Shown here in pieces: positions 12,704 through 23,747 of a stretch of 64,000 nt of DNA. The DNA comes from Macrostomum lignano (lineage: Eukaryota). The stretch is taken from assembly GCA_002269645.1 (NCBI GenBank), contig NIVC01001593.1:115960-179959 (forward strand). Direction: 5' to 3'. The position numbers and the translations under genes are program-made. The notes beneath the pieces were generated by a model. That model made no database searches and had not been told where the DNA came from. It was given only the letters and a program-made list of their open reading frames with translations. Positions within the stretch are counted from its first letter, which is position 1; the number at the start of each line of letters is the position of its first letter.

Positions 12704-12892
12704 CAGTAGTGCAACTAGAAATGTTTTGAGAGGAGGGTGAATTCTAGAGGGTAAAGACCCAAGAGGAGGGCAAAGAGATGGCTCTATTTTTGGTGAAAAT
12801 TTGCTTGGCCCCATCACTGATTTTTCTGGCCTAAGGGAGGGCAACTGCCTAAAGGAAGGCAACTGCCCCTGGCCCCCCTGGTTGCACCACTG
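12704..12892. mobile_element. Decayed hAT-type MITE, 15-bp TIRs (CAGTAGTGCAACTAG vs CAGTGGTGCAACCAG), degenerate 8-bp TSD
   Basis: TIRs match at 13/15. Flanks are TCTATAGT (12696-12703) and CCTATAGC (12893-12900), 6/8 identical, both differences being C/T transitions. Confidence 0.65.
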
Positions 12893-13479
12893 CCTATAGC
12901 ATTAAGTTAATAAAATTAGTTGATTATTTTATTAAATTTATATTGATATTATATCCAATGCCAATGGCAAAAAATAGGCCAATCGTTAGGGCCTATTTAA
13001 TTTAATATTAAAATTTCAAATCTTAGGCCTATTCTTCTTTAATTTTAATTAAAATTTAAATTCAATCCCATTCATTGACTTTAGACTATTACATCATTAG
13101 GTCTATCGTCTATGTAAATGTAATATGATATTTAGCTAAAATAAAAATATAATAACATAATTGCTAATGTCTTATGATTTTATAAAGCCAGTAGCTAGGC
13201 CTAGCCTAAATATATAAAATCTAAAATGATATTCTCTAGAGTCTAGGCCTAACTCTAGACTCCTTTGTTGAGCATCAATAGACCTAAAATTAGGTTTAAA
13301 TTATAATAACAAGACTGGACCATAGGCCTAGTCCTTATAAAACTAGGGCCAATCTATATTCTTACTAGACATTACATCAACATCATTTAGTAAGGCTTAG
13401 TAGGGGCCTACTCTACTAGTAGGGCCTATAGAACTATTTATAGTAGGCCTAGCAGGGTTGTAAAATTTATTACTATTAT

Positions 13480-14383
13480 ACCTTTTTACATTCTATTTTG
13501 ATAAAACTGTATCCAATTTCGGCAAACTGGCTTTCATTTTTGGCATCAAGTATGGCTGCACATCCAAACTGCATTCAAATTCTACAAATTGGCAACTTGA
13601 GTTTCTATTTAGACAAACTGATATTCAAATTTAAAAAACTACATTGAATTTCAGCATAGTATATTCAATTTCTATAGCCAGTACCTCAGACACAGACTAT
13701 CTATAGAAATAAGTGCATCTAAACCCAAAACAAAACTGATTTTCAATTTTGGCAAACTGCACTCAATTTTGAAATAAAAACAGAAGAGAGGGATTTCTTA
13801 AATTCTGAACAAGTACTGCATTTGGAATATAGTTAAGGTGTAATTGAACATGCAAAAACCTGTGCACTCATCAGCAAGCAATAGCGCACAAAGGAACAAA
13901 GTGCATAGGCCTAGCCAGAAACAATTGCACAGTATGTACATAGTATTCATGCACAAGTGATACACATTCAACTACACCTTAACTGTACTCCAAATGCAGT
14001 GCTGTGCAGTTTCTAAGTCCTAAGACCTAAATCCTCTTTTTGTATTTATTCCCTTTTTAGATTAGCACTGTCGAAATTGAGTGCAGTTTGCCGAAATTGA
14101 AAATCAGTTTTGGGTTTAGATGCACTTATTTTTATACAGTCTGTGACACGAGGCGCTGGCTGCTGAAATTGAAAATCAGTTTTGGGTTTAGATGCACTTA
14201 TTTTCATACAGTCTGTGACACGAGGCGCTGGCTGCTGAAATTGAATGCAGTTTGCCGAAATTGTTTCTCGGTTTGTCGAATTCAAATGCAGTTTGGATGT
14301 GCGGCCGTAGCTGATGCCGAAAATGAAAGCCAGTTTGCCGAAATTGAATGCAGTTTTATCGAAATTGCAGAACGCAAAAAGGT
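13480..14383. repeat. Long imperfect inverted repeat (arms ~13480-13775 and ~14068-14383); foldback element or two opposed copies of one repeat family
   Basis: The left arm aligns to the reverse complement of the right arm (AATTTCGGCAAACTGGCTTTCATTTT, CACATCCAAACTGCATT, AATAAGTGCATCTAAACCCAAAA). The right arm has an internal ~73-bp tandem duplication. No TSD found. Confidence 0.8.
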
Positions 14384-15089
14384 GTTAGGGGCCTAGGCCT
14401 ACTGTGATAGATAATTATGATTTCAAACCTTAGATATTAGGAATGAATAATGACATGATAAAGTTTAAGACGTTATGATTTACTCGCAGGGAGGCTTAGG
14501 TCCACAATTTCAATCAACATTAAATTGAAATGAACACCAATCGATGAACCATCGCTTAGGGTCGCGTCGCATTCTAAGAAATTTGTAATCGTCATTATTA
14601 TCTTTAACGCGTCGCTGGCGAACGTTCCGTATAGTTTCCTCTCTGTATAGTTATTTGAAGACCTATTTCAACTATAGTGAATTTACTTAGTTTATGTTCT
14701 TCCACTGGATTAAATATAAATTGAATTTTTTGAACCAGTCAACTACCTCCACCACCAAGCCACGGCTACAACCACTGCATGCTCTCAAGAAAAAAGATTT
14801 TTCGACTGCAGATTTTTGCTTCCAAATTTTCCTATGGTGGAGACCCCATTCAGCGCAAGCAATACTAAATGTACTAGCGATACCACAAATATAAGTTCGA
14901 TCGATCTACCCGGTCCAGCCTCTAGCTCATTTCTAAAAAAATAGATTATAAAGTCCGTCTCGTATATACTCTGTTGTCCAAGACATGTACAGTCTCACTG
15001 AGGCAGACCTGGATGTCATACTTTGCTACATGGTCTAAATGCGTCATTTTTAATAAGTCGGGTTAGATTAGACGAGTTTCAAGTGCTTT

Positions 15090-15720
15090 CCGCGTGATGT
15101 CGTGCGCCGCGAAGCTTGATCTTTCTTCAACAAGATCTTGCTGATGCGGCTCTGCCGCCGGTGCTGGAACCGTTTCTCCGGCTGGAGCAGAACGACATCC
15201 GACCACACTGGGGCACAGCGACGCAAATCCTGGACTTTAGGCGGATTATATAGAAAAAGCGCGCACTCACCAAGCCATCTCCTTTGTCTGCATTTTCGTG
15301 GATTTCAGCAGGAAGGCCTTATTCGACTCCGATCTGTGGTTCGCGATATCCTCGCACCGGTCTTGCGGTCGTACCACGCGCCAAAGCGACCAATAGCTCT
15401 CTATCAGGAGACTCGATCGCGGCCGCCGTGGTGACACCTGACGGACTGTGTGACTTGTTCAACACGATCTATGGGGTGCTGCAAGATGACACGCTTGCAC
15501 CCTACCTTTTCCTGTTGGTGCTTCGATTTGGGGCTGCAAAGAGCCCTGCCAACAGATGAGGACGGCTTCCTGCTGCTGTGACGACGAACAAGCATGCAGC
15601 CGCCACCCGGAGACACGGCTGTCGCTCATGGGTTATGCTGCTCGCCTCTACGGCTGATGGAGCCCAGCGCATGCTAGACAGACTAATGGCAGCTGCGGCA
15701 TCGGTCGGGCTAGCGAGATG
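15090..15720 (+). pseudogene. Degenerate RTE-like non-LTR reverse transcriptase fragment
   Basis: Frameshifted reading: MSCAAKL-FNKILLMRL ... LEPFLRLEQN ... RRII ... FVDF.KA.FDS ... VLRSY ... ALYQET .. AVVTPDGLCDLFNTIYGVLQDDTLAPYLFLLVL ... LQRALPTDEDGFLL ... RLSLMGYA ... STADGAQRMLDRLMAAAASVGL. Confidence 0.8.
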
Positions 15721-16910
15721 AAAAGCGAAAAGCGATGACATCGAGAAAACGGAGGTGATACAGCCCTATTTTTGCAGTTGTAAAACCAGAAAATATCATA
15801 TGTTCTCAAGCGGATCTTTACGATCAACAAGCTAGACAAGATCGGATCCGCGAGTGAGTATTGTTTCGAAAAAATTAATGCTAAAAAGGACTTCTGTATT
15901 TATAATGTACACGTAATATAATTTGTATGTTGCTTCATCGAACGTATCATTAACAATAGCTGTAGTATCTTCCACCCAGGATAGAAATTACTTTTGCTAT
16001 TCTTTTGCAATGTACATGGACATTTACAGAGTAGAAAAGAAAAATGACAGGACCGCGTATTCACAGATCATACTTCTGCTTATCATCCGCGGGTCTAGTA
16101 TGTACAGTGCATGTACCGCGAAGTGATTCGTACATCCTACTTTCTGTAGCATGGCTGGTGGATAAATCTATCGTAGGATGCAGTGCAGCACTCACATGCA
16201 AACGGATGATCACCCGTAAATACGTACGAGCCGTAGATGTACACAGTACATCCTATTTATACTAGTATCCTGCATAAATCTATCGTCCCCGGATCGCCAT
16301 CGCTACCGCTATATCTGCACATATCTGTAATGTACGTCTAACTAAAAAATCATAACGACTATGTCACACTGACTAGCTATTCTCCCCAATGACGTCGACG
16401 TGAAGGCAACACCAGACAATATCCACATTGTCCAGTTCACATCTCGGAACGGTGACACGTTGCCCCCTGCCTATACACATTGGAAACACGTGGCATGACG
16501 TCACAAAACTTCCATTCATATCAATTTTATTCTTACAAGTCAATCTATAGAAAAATGACAGCAAAATAGAAAAATTGGAATACACTATACATATACATCA
16601 TTTGCCATTCTAAAGCGAAAATACTCTATTCTATCTGACGCACATTAAGAGTGTACAAATTTTAAATACACAGCTATAGATTTTTGTCATAATTTATCTG
16701 TAGCTATTTAATCTGTAGCGAACATCTAACAAAGAGTCCGCACCGATCTTGTTGACAGATTGCCTGCTATAGCTCGTATGTAGCTTCAATATTATTGAGT
16801 CAATGTAGGCAATTTAGATTTAGAGAAAAATAAAATACCACACTTGCTGTGGCTGAGAGTGAGCTCAAAACAAGATGTAGACATGTACACGAACTGCTCA
16901 GAATCGAGAG

Positions 16911-19900
16911 TCACATAAAACTGACGCTCTTTCGACCCTCCGTTGCGACTCGCTTCTGACTGGCATCGAAGTTCAGCGCTTCGTTCACCTCGCCGTCAGC
17001 CGGATTGGCGGCCGCAGCGCCGGGCGCCGGAGAATCCTGCAGTTTAACAGCGACGTCGCTCCGTATTGTTGGCCTGGTGCTTCTCTTGCTGACCCTCGGC
17101 TGGACCAACAGACATGACAGAATGTCCGCGTGACAGGCTCGACAGGGCTTGGCCTCCGAGTCCTGTGCTTCCTTCGGCGAAAGCCACTCGCCCCAGAAAG
17201 TCATCTCGCCGCATTCGGGACACTTCACCTCACGCCGAAACCATGCCGCTGCAGTGAGGACGCGATAGTTAGAATATTTTAGCAATTTTATGGGCAGTCT
17301 TTCTAATTTAGTACACGCGACCTGCTCAGGACGCGCAGGCAAGGGCGTCATAAGTAATCTAACTGACCTTTTTTGTTACTTCATAGATACAAAGTTACTG
17401 CAAAGCTTTCTTTGTACTCGTGAAACTAAGTGATTCATTTGATTGACATATATAACTTAGTTTGTAAATAAGTGACAATTATGTAAATTAGCAGCGCGTA
17501 ATAAAGGAACCAAATTAAAAGCATGCTGAGTCGTTTAACCACTTAAGCTCCGCCTGAAATCCAAAGCACACTGAAAAAACCTACTGGCTGCAGAGCGGCC
17601 ATAGAAAATTCTAACCCCAGATTTACTCATCCCGACCCTACCCGATAGGACCGCTTCCGGACATTTGCCCTCCGGCACTTCCCCTCCGGCACTTGCCCTC
17701 CGGCACTTCCCCTCGGCGGCGTTTGCCCTCCGGACATTTGCCCTCCGGGACATTTGCCCTCCGGACATTTGCCCTCCGGACATTTCCCCTCCGCACATTT
17801 GCCCTCTGCAAATTTACCCCCTCGCACATTACTCACCTCACCTCCTCCTGTACCCACCCGTCGTTCCTCCAGCACCAACCTCATCCTCCCGCCTCTTGCA
17901 TCCATCAGGTTCTTCTCCAGCCAACATCTCATCCTTTTCTAGTAAGCAATATATACCCGCGCCCTACCCTATCCCCAGCCTTACCTGTACTGTCAACAGT
18001 CTATGGCCGAAAGTCTGACCATTTTACTATATAAGTGATTGATCTTGGCTCTTAAAGAATACAAGATTCCTCCGAAAGAAATCATGGCTTTTTACATTAA
18101 GAGCTCTAAAGGCAAAGATGTTTTGGTTGAAAATGGTCTCAAAAGCTTAAGACTTTAGACTTTTCTCTCGTAATTCTTGTACATTTGTGTACATGTACTT
18201 ACTTGTTTGGACACACACTGAAGGGAAATTTTTTTGTTTCATGATTGTGGAGAAATTTCATTTCCAGAGGGGAAATGTCTTGAGGGCAAACGTCCGGAGG
18301 GCAAATGTCCGGAGGGCAAATGTCCCCGAGGGCAAATGTCCTCGAGGGCAAATGTCCGGAGGGGAAATGCCGGAGGGCAAATGTCCGGAGGGCAAATGCC
18401 GGAGGGCAAATGTCCGGTAGCCGATAGGACCATGTACATGTAGACAAAGTCGAAGACTCTGATAAAATCTGTGTTCTTGAGTCTATGGTGGAGAGCAAAA
18501 AAGAGACAGAAAGAAGTCTCTCTCGTGAAGCTGAACTGTCACTGTTTTCTTTACTAAATTTTATCTGCTCATTGCAGAAATAACTCATTGCTGCTCCGAC
18601 TTTGTAGCTTCGTTTGTTTGTGCCTGTTCTGTTTTCCTATCTACAGCAAATAATTGTTTATTTTAGGTAACATTACACAATTAATATGCAAGAAATGCTT
18701 TTCCTATAAGACCCAGTCTAAATTTTCTGCTTTTCTACCTCAACGACTCTGATCGTCCTGAGTCGACGACTCTTTTTCTCCTCTGATGGCTGCTCTGCAG
18801 CCATATCGGGGATTTTTAGGGTGACTTAAAATCGGGCCATAGAAGGCAAAATTCGAGCAAATGTCAATGGGAATATCGGAGGTTAGCAAATGGCTGCTCT
18901 GCAGCCACCGGGTTCGATAGGGTTAAGGAGTTTTGTCTAAAATTCTTTACAGACAACTAAAACCCTGAAGTTTAAGTTGTCCCTGATTCTTTAGTTGAAA
19001 ATGAAAATTTCATAACACAATAGTGTATTTTGCAGTTTAATACAAAAGGCCGATCTTTTAAAGATTTTCTTAGAAACGAAGTTTTAAGTTTTCTGTCCAA
19101 CTTAGCTAAGCCATCCTTGCACAACTGTGACTTACCTGGATACTGTTTAAGCACTTTTTCTGCTTCTAGTAGTGACGGTAAGAGGCACTTCCAGACTCGA
19201 GCCAGCTGAGTCTTTAACGCAACGACCTCTTCGCTATCCTCAACGGGCTCCTCTGTAGGAGTTTGCTCTTCTCGGACGAAGTTGAATCTCTCCTCAGTGA
19301 CGACGCCGCAGGAGAGCACAACTAGATAAGATTTGTCCTCAGGGTCTTCCTTTGTCACTCGAATCCACACGTTGTCGTCCTCGGCGTCGAATGCCAGGAC
19401 GCCGTTCTGCCAGTGGTATTGGTACCTCAGCCGCTCCGTGTGCAGGCAGACTAGCAGTCGCTCGAAGAACATCGACGGAGTGAAACGGCTGAAGCGAAAA
19501 CCGGCACTAACGCGCAATGCCGCATTCTGCCAATGCGTCTGCGCCACCGTAGGCTCGGGAGACCGGACCAGGTTCGGCACGAGAAGGCTAACCTTGGATG
19601 TGTCCGTCTTCACTTTGCCGTCTTCGTCTCGTTCAAGGTCAAAGTTAAGCTCGCGCTGATGCGGCAGCTCGCTGTCAGGGTTCTCCACTGGCCCACCAAT
19701 GCGGTAGCACCACTGAAGGCAGTCGCACAGGTAGTTTATTAAGGTAAAGCGTCGCTTTCCAGTGCCAAAAAACATCTTGAGAAGGTTGTGTAGCAGAATA
19801 CCGTGTACTGTGCAGAGCTCTACCGCCTTTGTGAATTCGGCTGCTGAATAATCCCTAACGAATCTTTCCCTAACCTCCTCTTTATCACTAGGATCCATTA

Positions 19901-21980
19901 GAAAGTCGTAGAGGTTGTGTCGGAACAGCGTACAGGTGTGTTCGAACAGCACGCTTGGTCGCAGGACAACGGTCTCCTTAAACGAAGGCTCCCGTTCGTT
20001 GAAGATTGCTCGACCGCTATCGTGCAAGTACTGACAAATCTGGCCCGTGAGGTGTCTCAGGCCGAACTGTTTGTGAACGATGTTCGCCAGCTCGTTGAAG
20101 CTGATGATGTTCTGATTCTGGCCTAAATCGTCAAAGAAATTTTCGGCGTCACCCCAGAGAGCTGGGATGACCCGCATCACGGATGGGAATGTTTTTGTCT
20201 GGGTAGCCAGCTCTACTAGTACGGACTCAAGCCGATTGAAACCTAGCATTTGAGCACTGCTAGTGATGAGAGCTTCCGGGTGAAACAGTGGTTTGAAGTT
20301 CTTCAGGCTGAGATACTGTTTGTACTGCTCATTAAAAGCAGCTGAGATCTGATCGAGTCGCTCTATGCAGCCAATCTCATGGTCGATGCTATCGAGATAA
20401 TTCTTAATGTACTCTTCGGTGTCTTTCTGAGCCAGCTCCAGCACCTTCTCGGGCTTGACGGACTCCTTGCACAGGTCCGCCTTGGTTCCAATCAGAATGA
20501 ACACGGCACGATTGTTGCGCAAAATTAGCGTATCGATCCACTGGCCAATCAGCTCTGAGAAGTTCTCGGTGGTGTACTCAGTCAGATCGAACAGAATGAG
20601 AGCCAGCGAGGGAAAGTGTAAGAATGGAAAGATGTACGGCATGTAGTCTGGATTTCCTGAGCAGTCCCAGATAGACAGGCTTAGAGGCCGCGGATCTGCC
20701 AAGTCGTCCGACGTGTCGATTTGATAGTCGTAGATTTCGAGGCAAATTGTCTCCTCATCCTCGGTGCACAGCCGCGACTGCTGGTCAAGAAAGGTCTGGA
20801 CAAGACTGGACTTGCCGCAGCCGCGAGATCCAAGCAGAAACACCTTGATGCCTTGATAGATCTTGCTGTCAACCTTTGTCTCGAAATAATAGTGCAGCAT
20901 TGCTTTCAGGCCGCCCTCTGCAACGTCCCTTGGCGGATTGTTCAGCGGGTTGTCGTGCATACAAAGCTGCTTGGTTGTGCGCCAGTCCAGTTTTTTGAAT
21001 GCGGAATTATTGATCACTCTGATAGAGTTTGACGTCAAGTCAAGCTTTTCCGCAATCAAGAAGACGTTTTCTGGGAACCTGGTAAGGTTGTTGAACGATA
21101 GATCAACTGAATCGATTGTTCGCTTATTCTTCGTCTTCAGTGCAACCGTAGGAATCTTTACCACCTCGTTGTTGCTAACTTGGAGGCCATCCAACTTTGG
21201 CAGCAGAAAGAGATCCGGGATGAGGAATGCTAGACAATTGTGGGACAAGTCGAGCTCCCTGAGGTTGATAAGCCTTTTTACATCCACAGTGACGGAAGCG
21301 ATGCTATTGTGACTCAGGTTCAGGCATTCCAGTTTCTTCAGTGCGTAAAACTCGCGCGGAATCTCTTCAATGCAGTTGCCTTGCAAGCTGAGCACCTGCA
21401 GTTTAGTGAGTCGTTCGAGGTGCTTCAGACTGGATATCTGATTGTTGTCGGCCAGCAGGCTTGTCAGCTGGAACAGATAGGACCAGCTGGATGGAATTCC
21501 AGTCAGGCCATTGTTGCGCACGCTCAGACTAGTGAGCGACACCAGTTCCTTGAAGCATGTTGGGAAGCCTTCGGTCGTCAAATTGTTGTCGTCTAAAATA
21601 AGCGTCTCGATATTCAACAGGCGTTCGACTAGTTCCTGCGGGAAGGCGAACAGCCCCGTGTTGCTCAGCTCCAGGGTGCGCAGCGTGTCGGCGATGCCGT
21701 GCACGTAGTCCAAGTTTTGATAATACATCGTGTGCAGACGGGCGCTCTTTGGTCGCTCCTTGCGCCCGGAGGGCAGCCGCTCGGGTCGATAGTGCCTGTC
21801 TCCGCTGATTTGAATCTCAGCCAGGCCGTCCAGGCCCCACGGCGACTCGGCCACTGGCCGGCTACAGTACTTAGCCGCCTCCGCCGATAGTGGCGTCCGG
21901 TACAGCCGACTGGTGTCCTCCTCCTCCTCCTGGATGCGGACCTCCTTCCTAGCCCGGCCGCCGGGCCGTCGCTTGCTCAT
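16911..21980 (-). CDS. MFHAS1: LRR-ROC-COR Roco protein, MFHAS1/MASL1-like; 2 coding exons (21980-19136, 17248-16911), ~1060 aa
   Basis: N-terminal LRRs (LxxLxLxxNxL), then a ROC GTPase with P-loop GSRGCGKSS, G3 WDCSG, G4 TKAD and G5-like SSA, then a COR-like region; no kinase domain. Donor CCAG|GTAAGT after 19136 (phase 1) joins acceptor CTGCAG|CG at 17248 in frame, giving QYPAAWFRREVKCPECGEMTFWGEWLSP..CRAC..LLVQP, which resembles the MFHAS1 C-terminus (C..C..F.GE.LS..C..LV.P). Confidence 0.85.
17653..18421. mobile_element. Non-autonomous foldback Mutator-superfamily (Phantom-like) element in the MFHAS1 intron
   Basis: The TIRs are built of tandem GGACATTTGCCCTCC-type units (17653-17815, inverted at 18255-18421). 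Perfect 10-bp TSD CGATAGGACC at 17643-17652 and 18422-18431. An internal stub MAFYIKSSKGKDVLVENG lies at 18084-18137. Confidence 0.85.
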
Positions 21981-23747
21981 GGCTGATAAGATTCTTCACT
22001 AAGTGTAGGAATGCGGAGCTCGACTGCTTTGACTGTTGTTGCCAGCCAGGTAAACTTGTAATTTTTGTATACTAAAACTAAATCTAACAGCCTTTGGACC
22101 GCTTTTTCTATTCGTTATTTTTCTCTCTTTTTTTCTACACTCTCGCGCCGGCTTGTCTCGAAGTAGCCTGGCAACACCAGAAAGGTCTTGTGTATAGAGT
22201 GAATGCACCCAGTTGTACACTTCGCAGCCACCCCCACCCCCCGATCCAAGCCAAGCTGCAGGACCAATGCAGTCTTTCTTTTCAGAGTTCTAAGCACTCA
22301 CTGGCTCACCTGCGCCCCGAGCGGGTGCAGCGGAGCACACAATAATGCACGTTACAGAGCGACAGAGCAAGAGGGCGAGCCCGGAGGAACGAGAGAGAGA
22401 GAGAGAGAGAGAGAAGAGGTAAAGAAACGTTTTGAGAAGCATTGGCAATAAATTAAGCCTTCTCCTCTCCATCGTGCAACAATGCACGGCTATTCACCCC
22501 CCCCCTATTGGCTAACGTTACCCCATCTAAGCAGTAAGTTGACAGGGAAGAATCGGACAGAATGACTGAGTGAAACGATGGTCCGCTGCACAGGTCTCTA
22601 AAACAGGACTAGTTACCATCATTGAGTGCCATTGACACTTCTTAGACGAGGCGACGTAAAGTGTAGCTAATGTTTTTTGTTTAAACAGACTGTTGCGGCT
22701 CTCGTTTTAGGCTCATAATACAGCAGGCCATGGCAACACCTTCCACTAATAATACGCCACTAATAAATTTATCCACTAATAAAATTGGCGCTTTAACTTA
22801 CAGCTAACAGGTGAAAGAACGTCTCACAGAATCTTGTTGAGTAAGAAAACAAGTTTTATCTGGTGGTTGCTGCAACCAATACGAGAGTAACGAGAGTAAA
22901 CTTCGAGAGTAAACCAGTCTGAAAATTAAATAAAATACACAGCGAAACTCCAATTTTTTTCAGGTATAGCTTACCAGGTTCAATATAGAGTAATACAAAA
23001 TCAAGCATCCAAATACAGAAATAATCATTTTATTGTTAATAGTATTGCGAATAGTTTGGACTAATAATCCTGACTCTCTACTTGTAGTAAACTTTGCAAA
23101 TATTGCGCAATACATTTTAGCTACGTCTAAATAGCTAGCTACGTAGCTACTCGTATATACAATTCAAAGTATACTGCATCGTATCGAATGAATCGCAAAA
23201 GGCATAGATTACTAAAAAACTGGGTGTGGTCGGAAGCAGATCCCAAACAGTTATCGAGATGGCTAGGAGGCACCCCTGTGCTAAGCCGAAGGGGAACTTC
23301 TATCGCTACATGGACAACTTGAGACAGGATGCTACACAATCCGGAATCGCGAAAATTTTGCTAGAGGTTTCGGTGTAGCTGTCCTGTCCCTGTACATGTA
23401 TTGCTGCATCCAGATTGAGACGTTATTTTTGTACAATGTACTCAAACTTCTTTCTTCTTTCTCATTTCTATGCTTTTATAAAAGAAATTTAAAGGACTGG
23501 CCTCGCAGATTAATAAATTGCCGGTCACTGTCTTCATGCCTTCAAAAGATAGAACGCCTGCCTGCGCGAGAGGCAGACTGGAGGCTAGAGAAAGAGACAG
23601 AGATGGCTAGGAGAGATTGTGGCATTCACTGTACGCACAGCTGTGTGGGCATAGAAATAGGCAGAGTTTCCACACTCTCGCACACACGGCTAAGGCAGCC
23701 AAGCCTTGCACAGGTTCAACTAACTATTTACCAACTATTAGGCGTAA

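Noticed and set aside
14470-14520. ATG...GCGA|GTAAAT on the minus strand as the first coding exon of Suv4-20
   Set aside because: The donor would be phase 1 but the 9186 acceptor needs phase 0; there is no other support.
16495-16502. CRE (TGACGTCA) next to a CACGTG E-box as a regulatory site
   Set aside because: Short motifs like these are expected by chance in CpG-rich DNA, and there is no identified transcript start nearby.
18972-19135. C-terminal 54 codons of the 1002-aa ORF (KSQLCKDG...ESGTT)
   Set aside because: They follow a consensus GTAAGT donor and are AT-rich; the in-phase downstream exon gives a family-like C-terminus instead.
23323-23390. Short imperfect hairpin (GACAGGATGCTACAC...GTGTAGCTGTCCTGTC) between MFHAS1 and the MyD88-like gene
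   Set aside because: It is too short and imperfect, with no TSD or second copy, to call a MITE or structured RNA.
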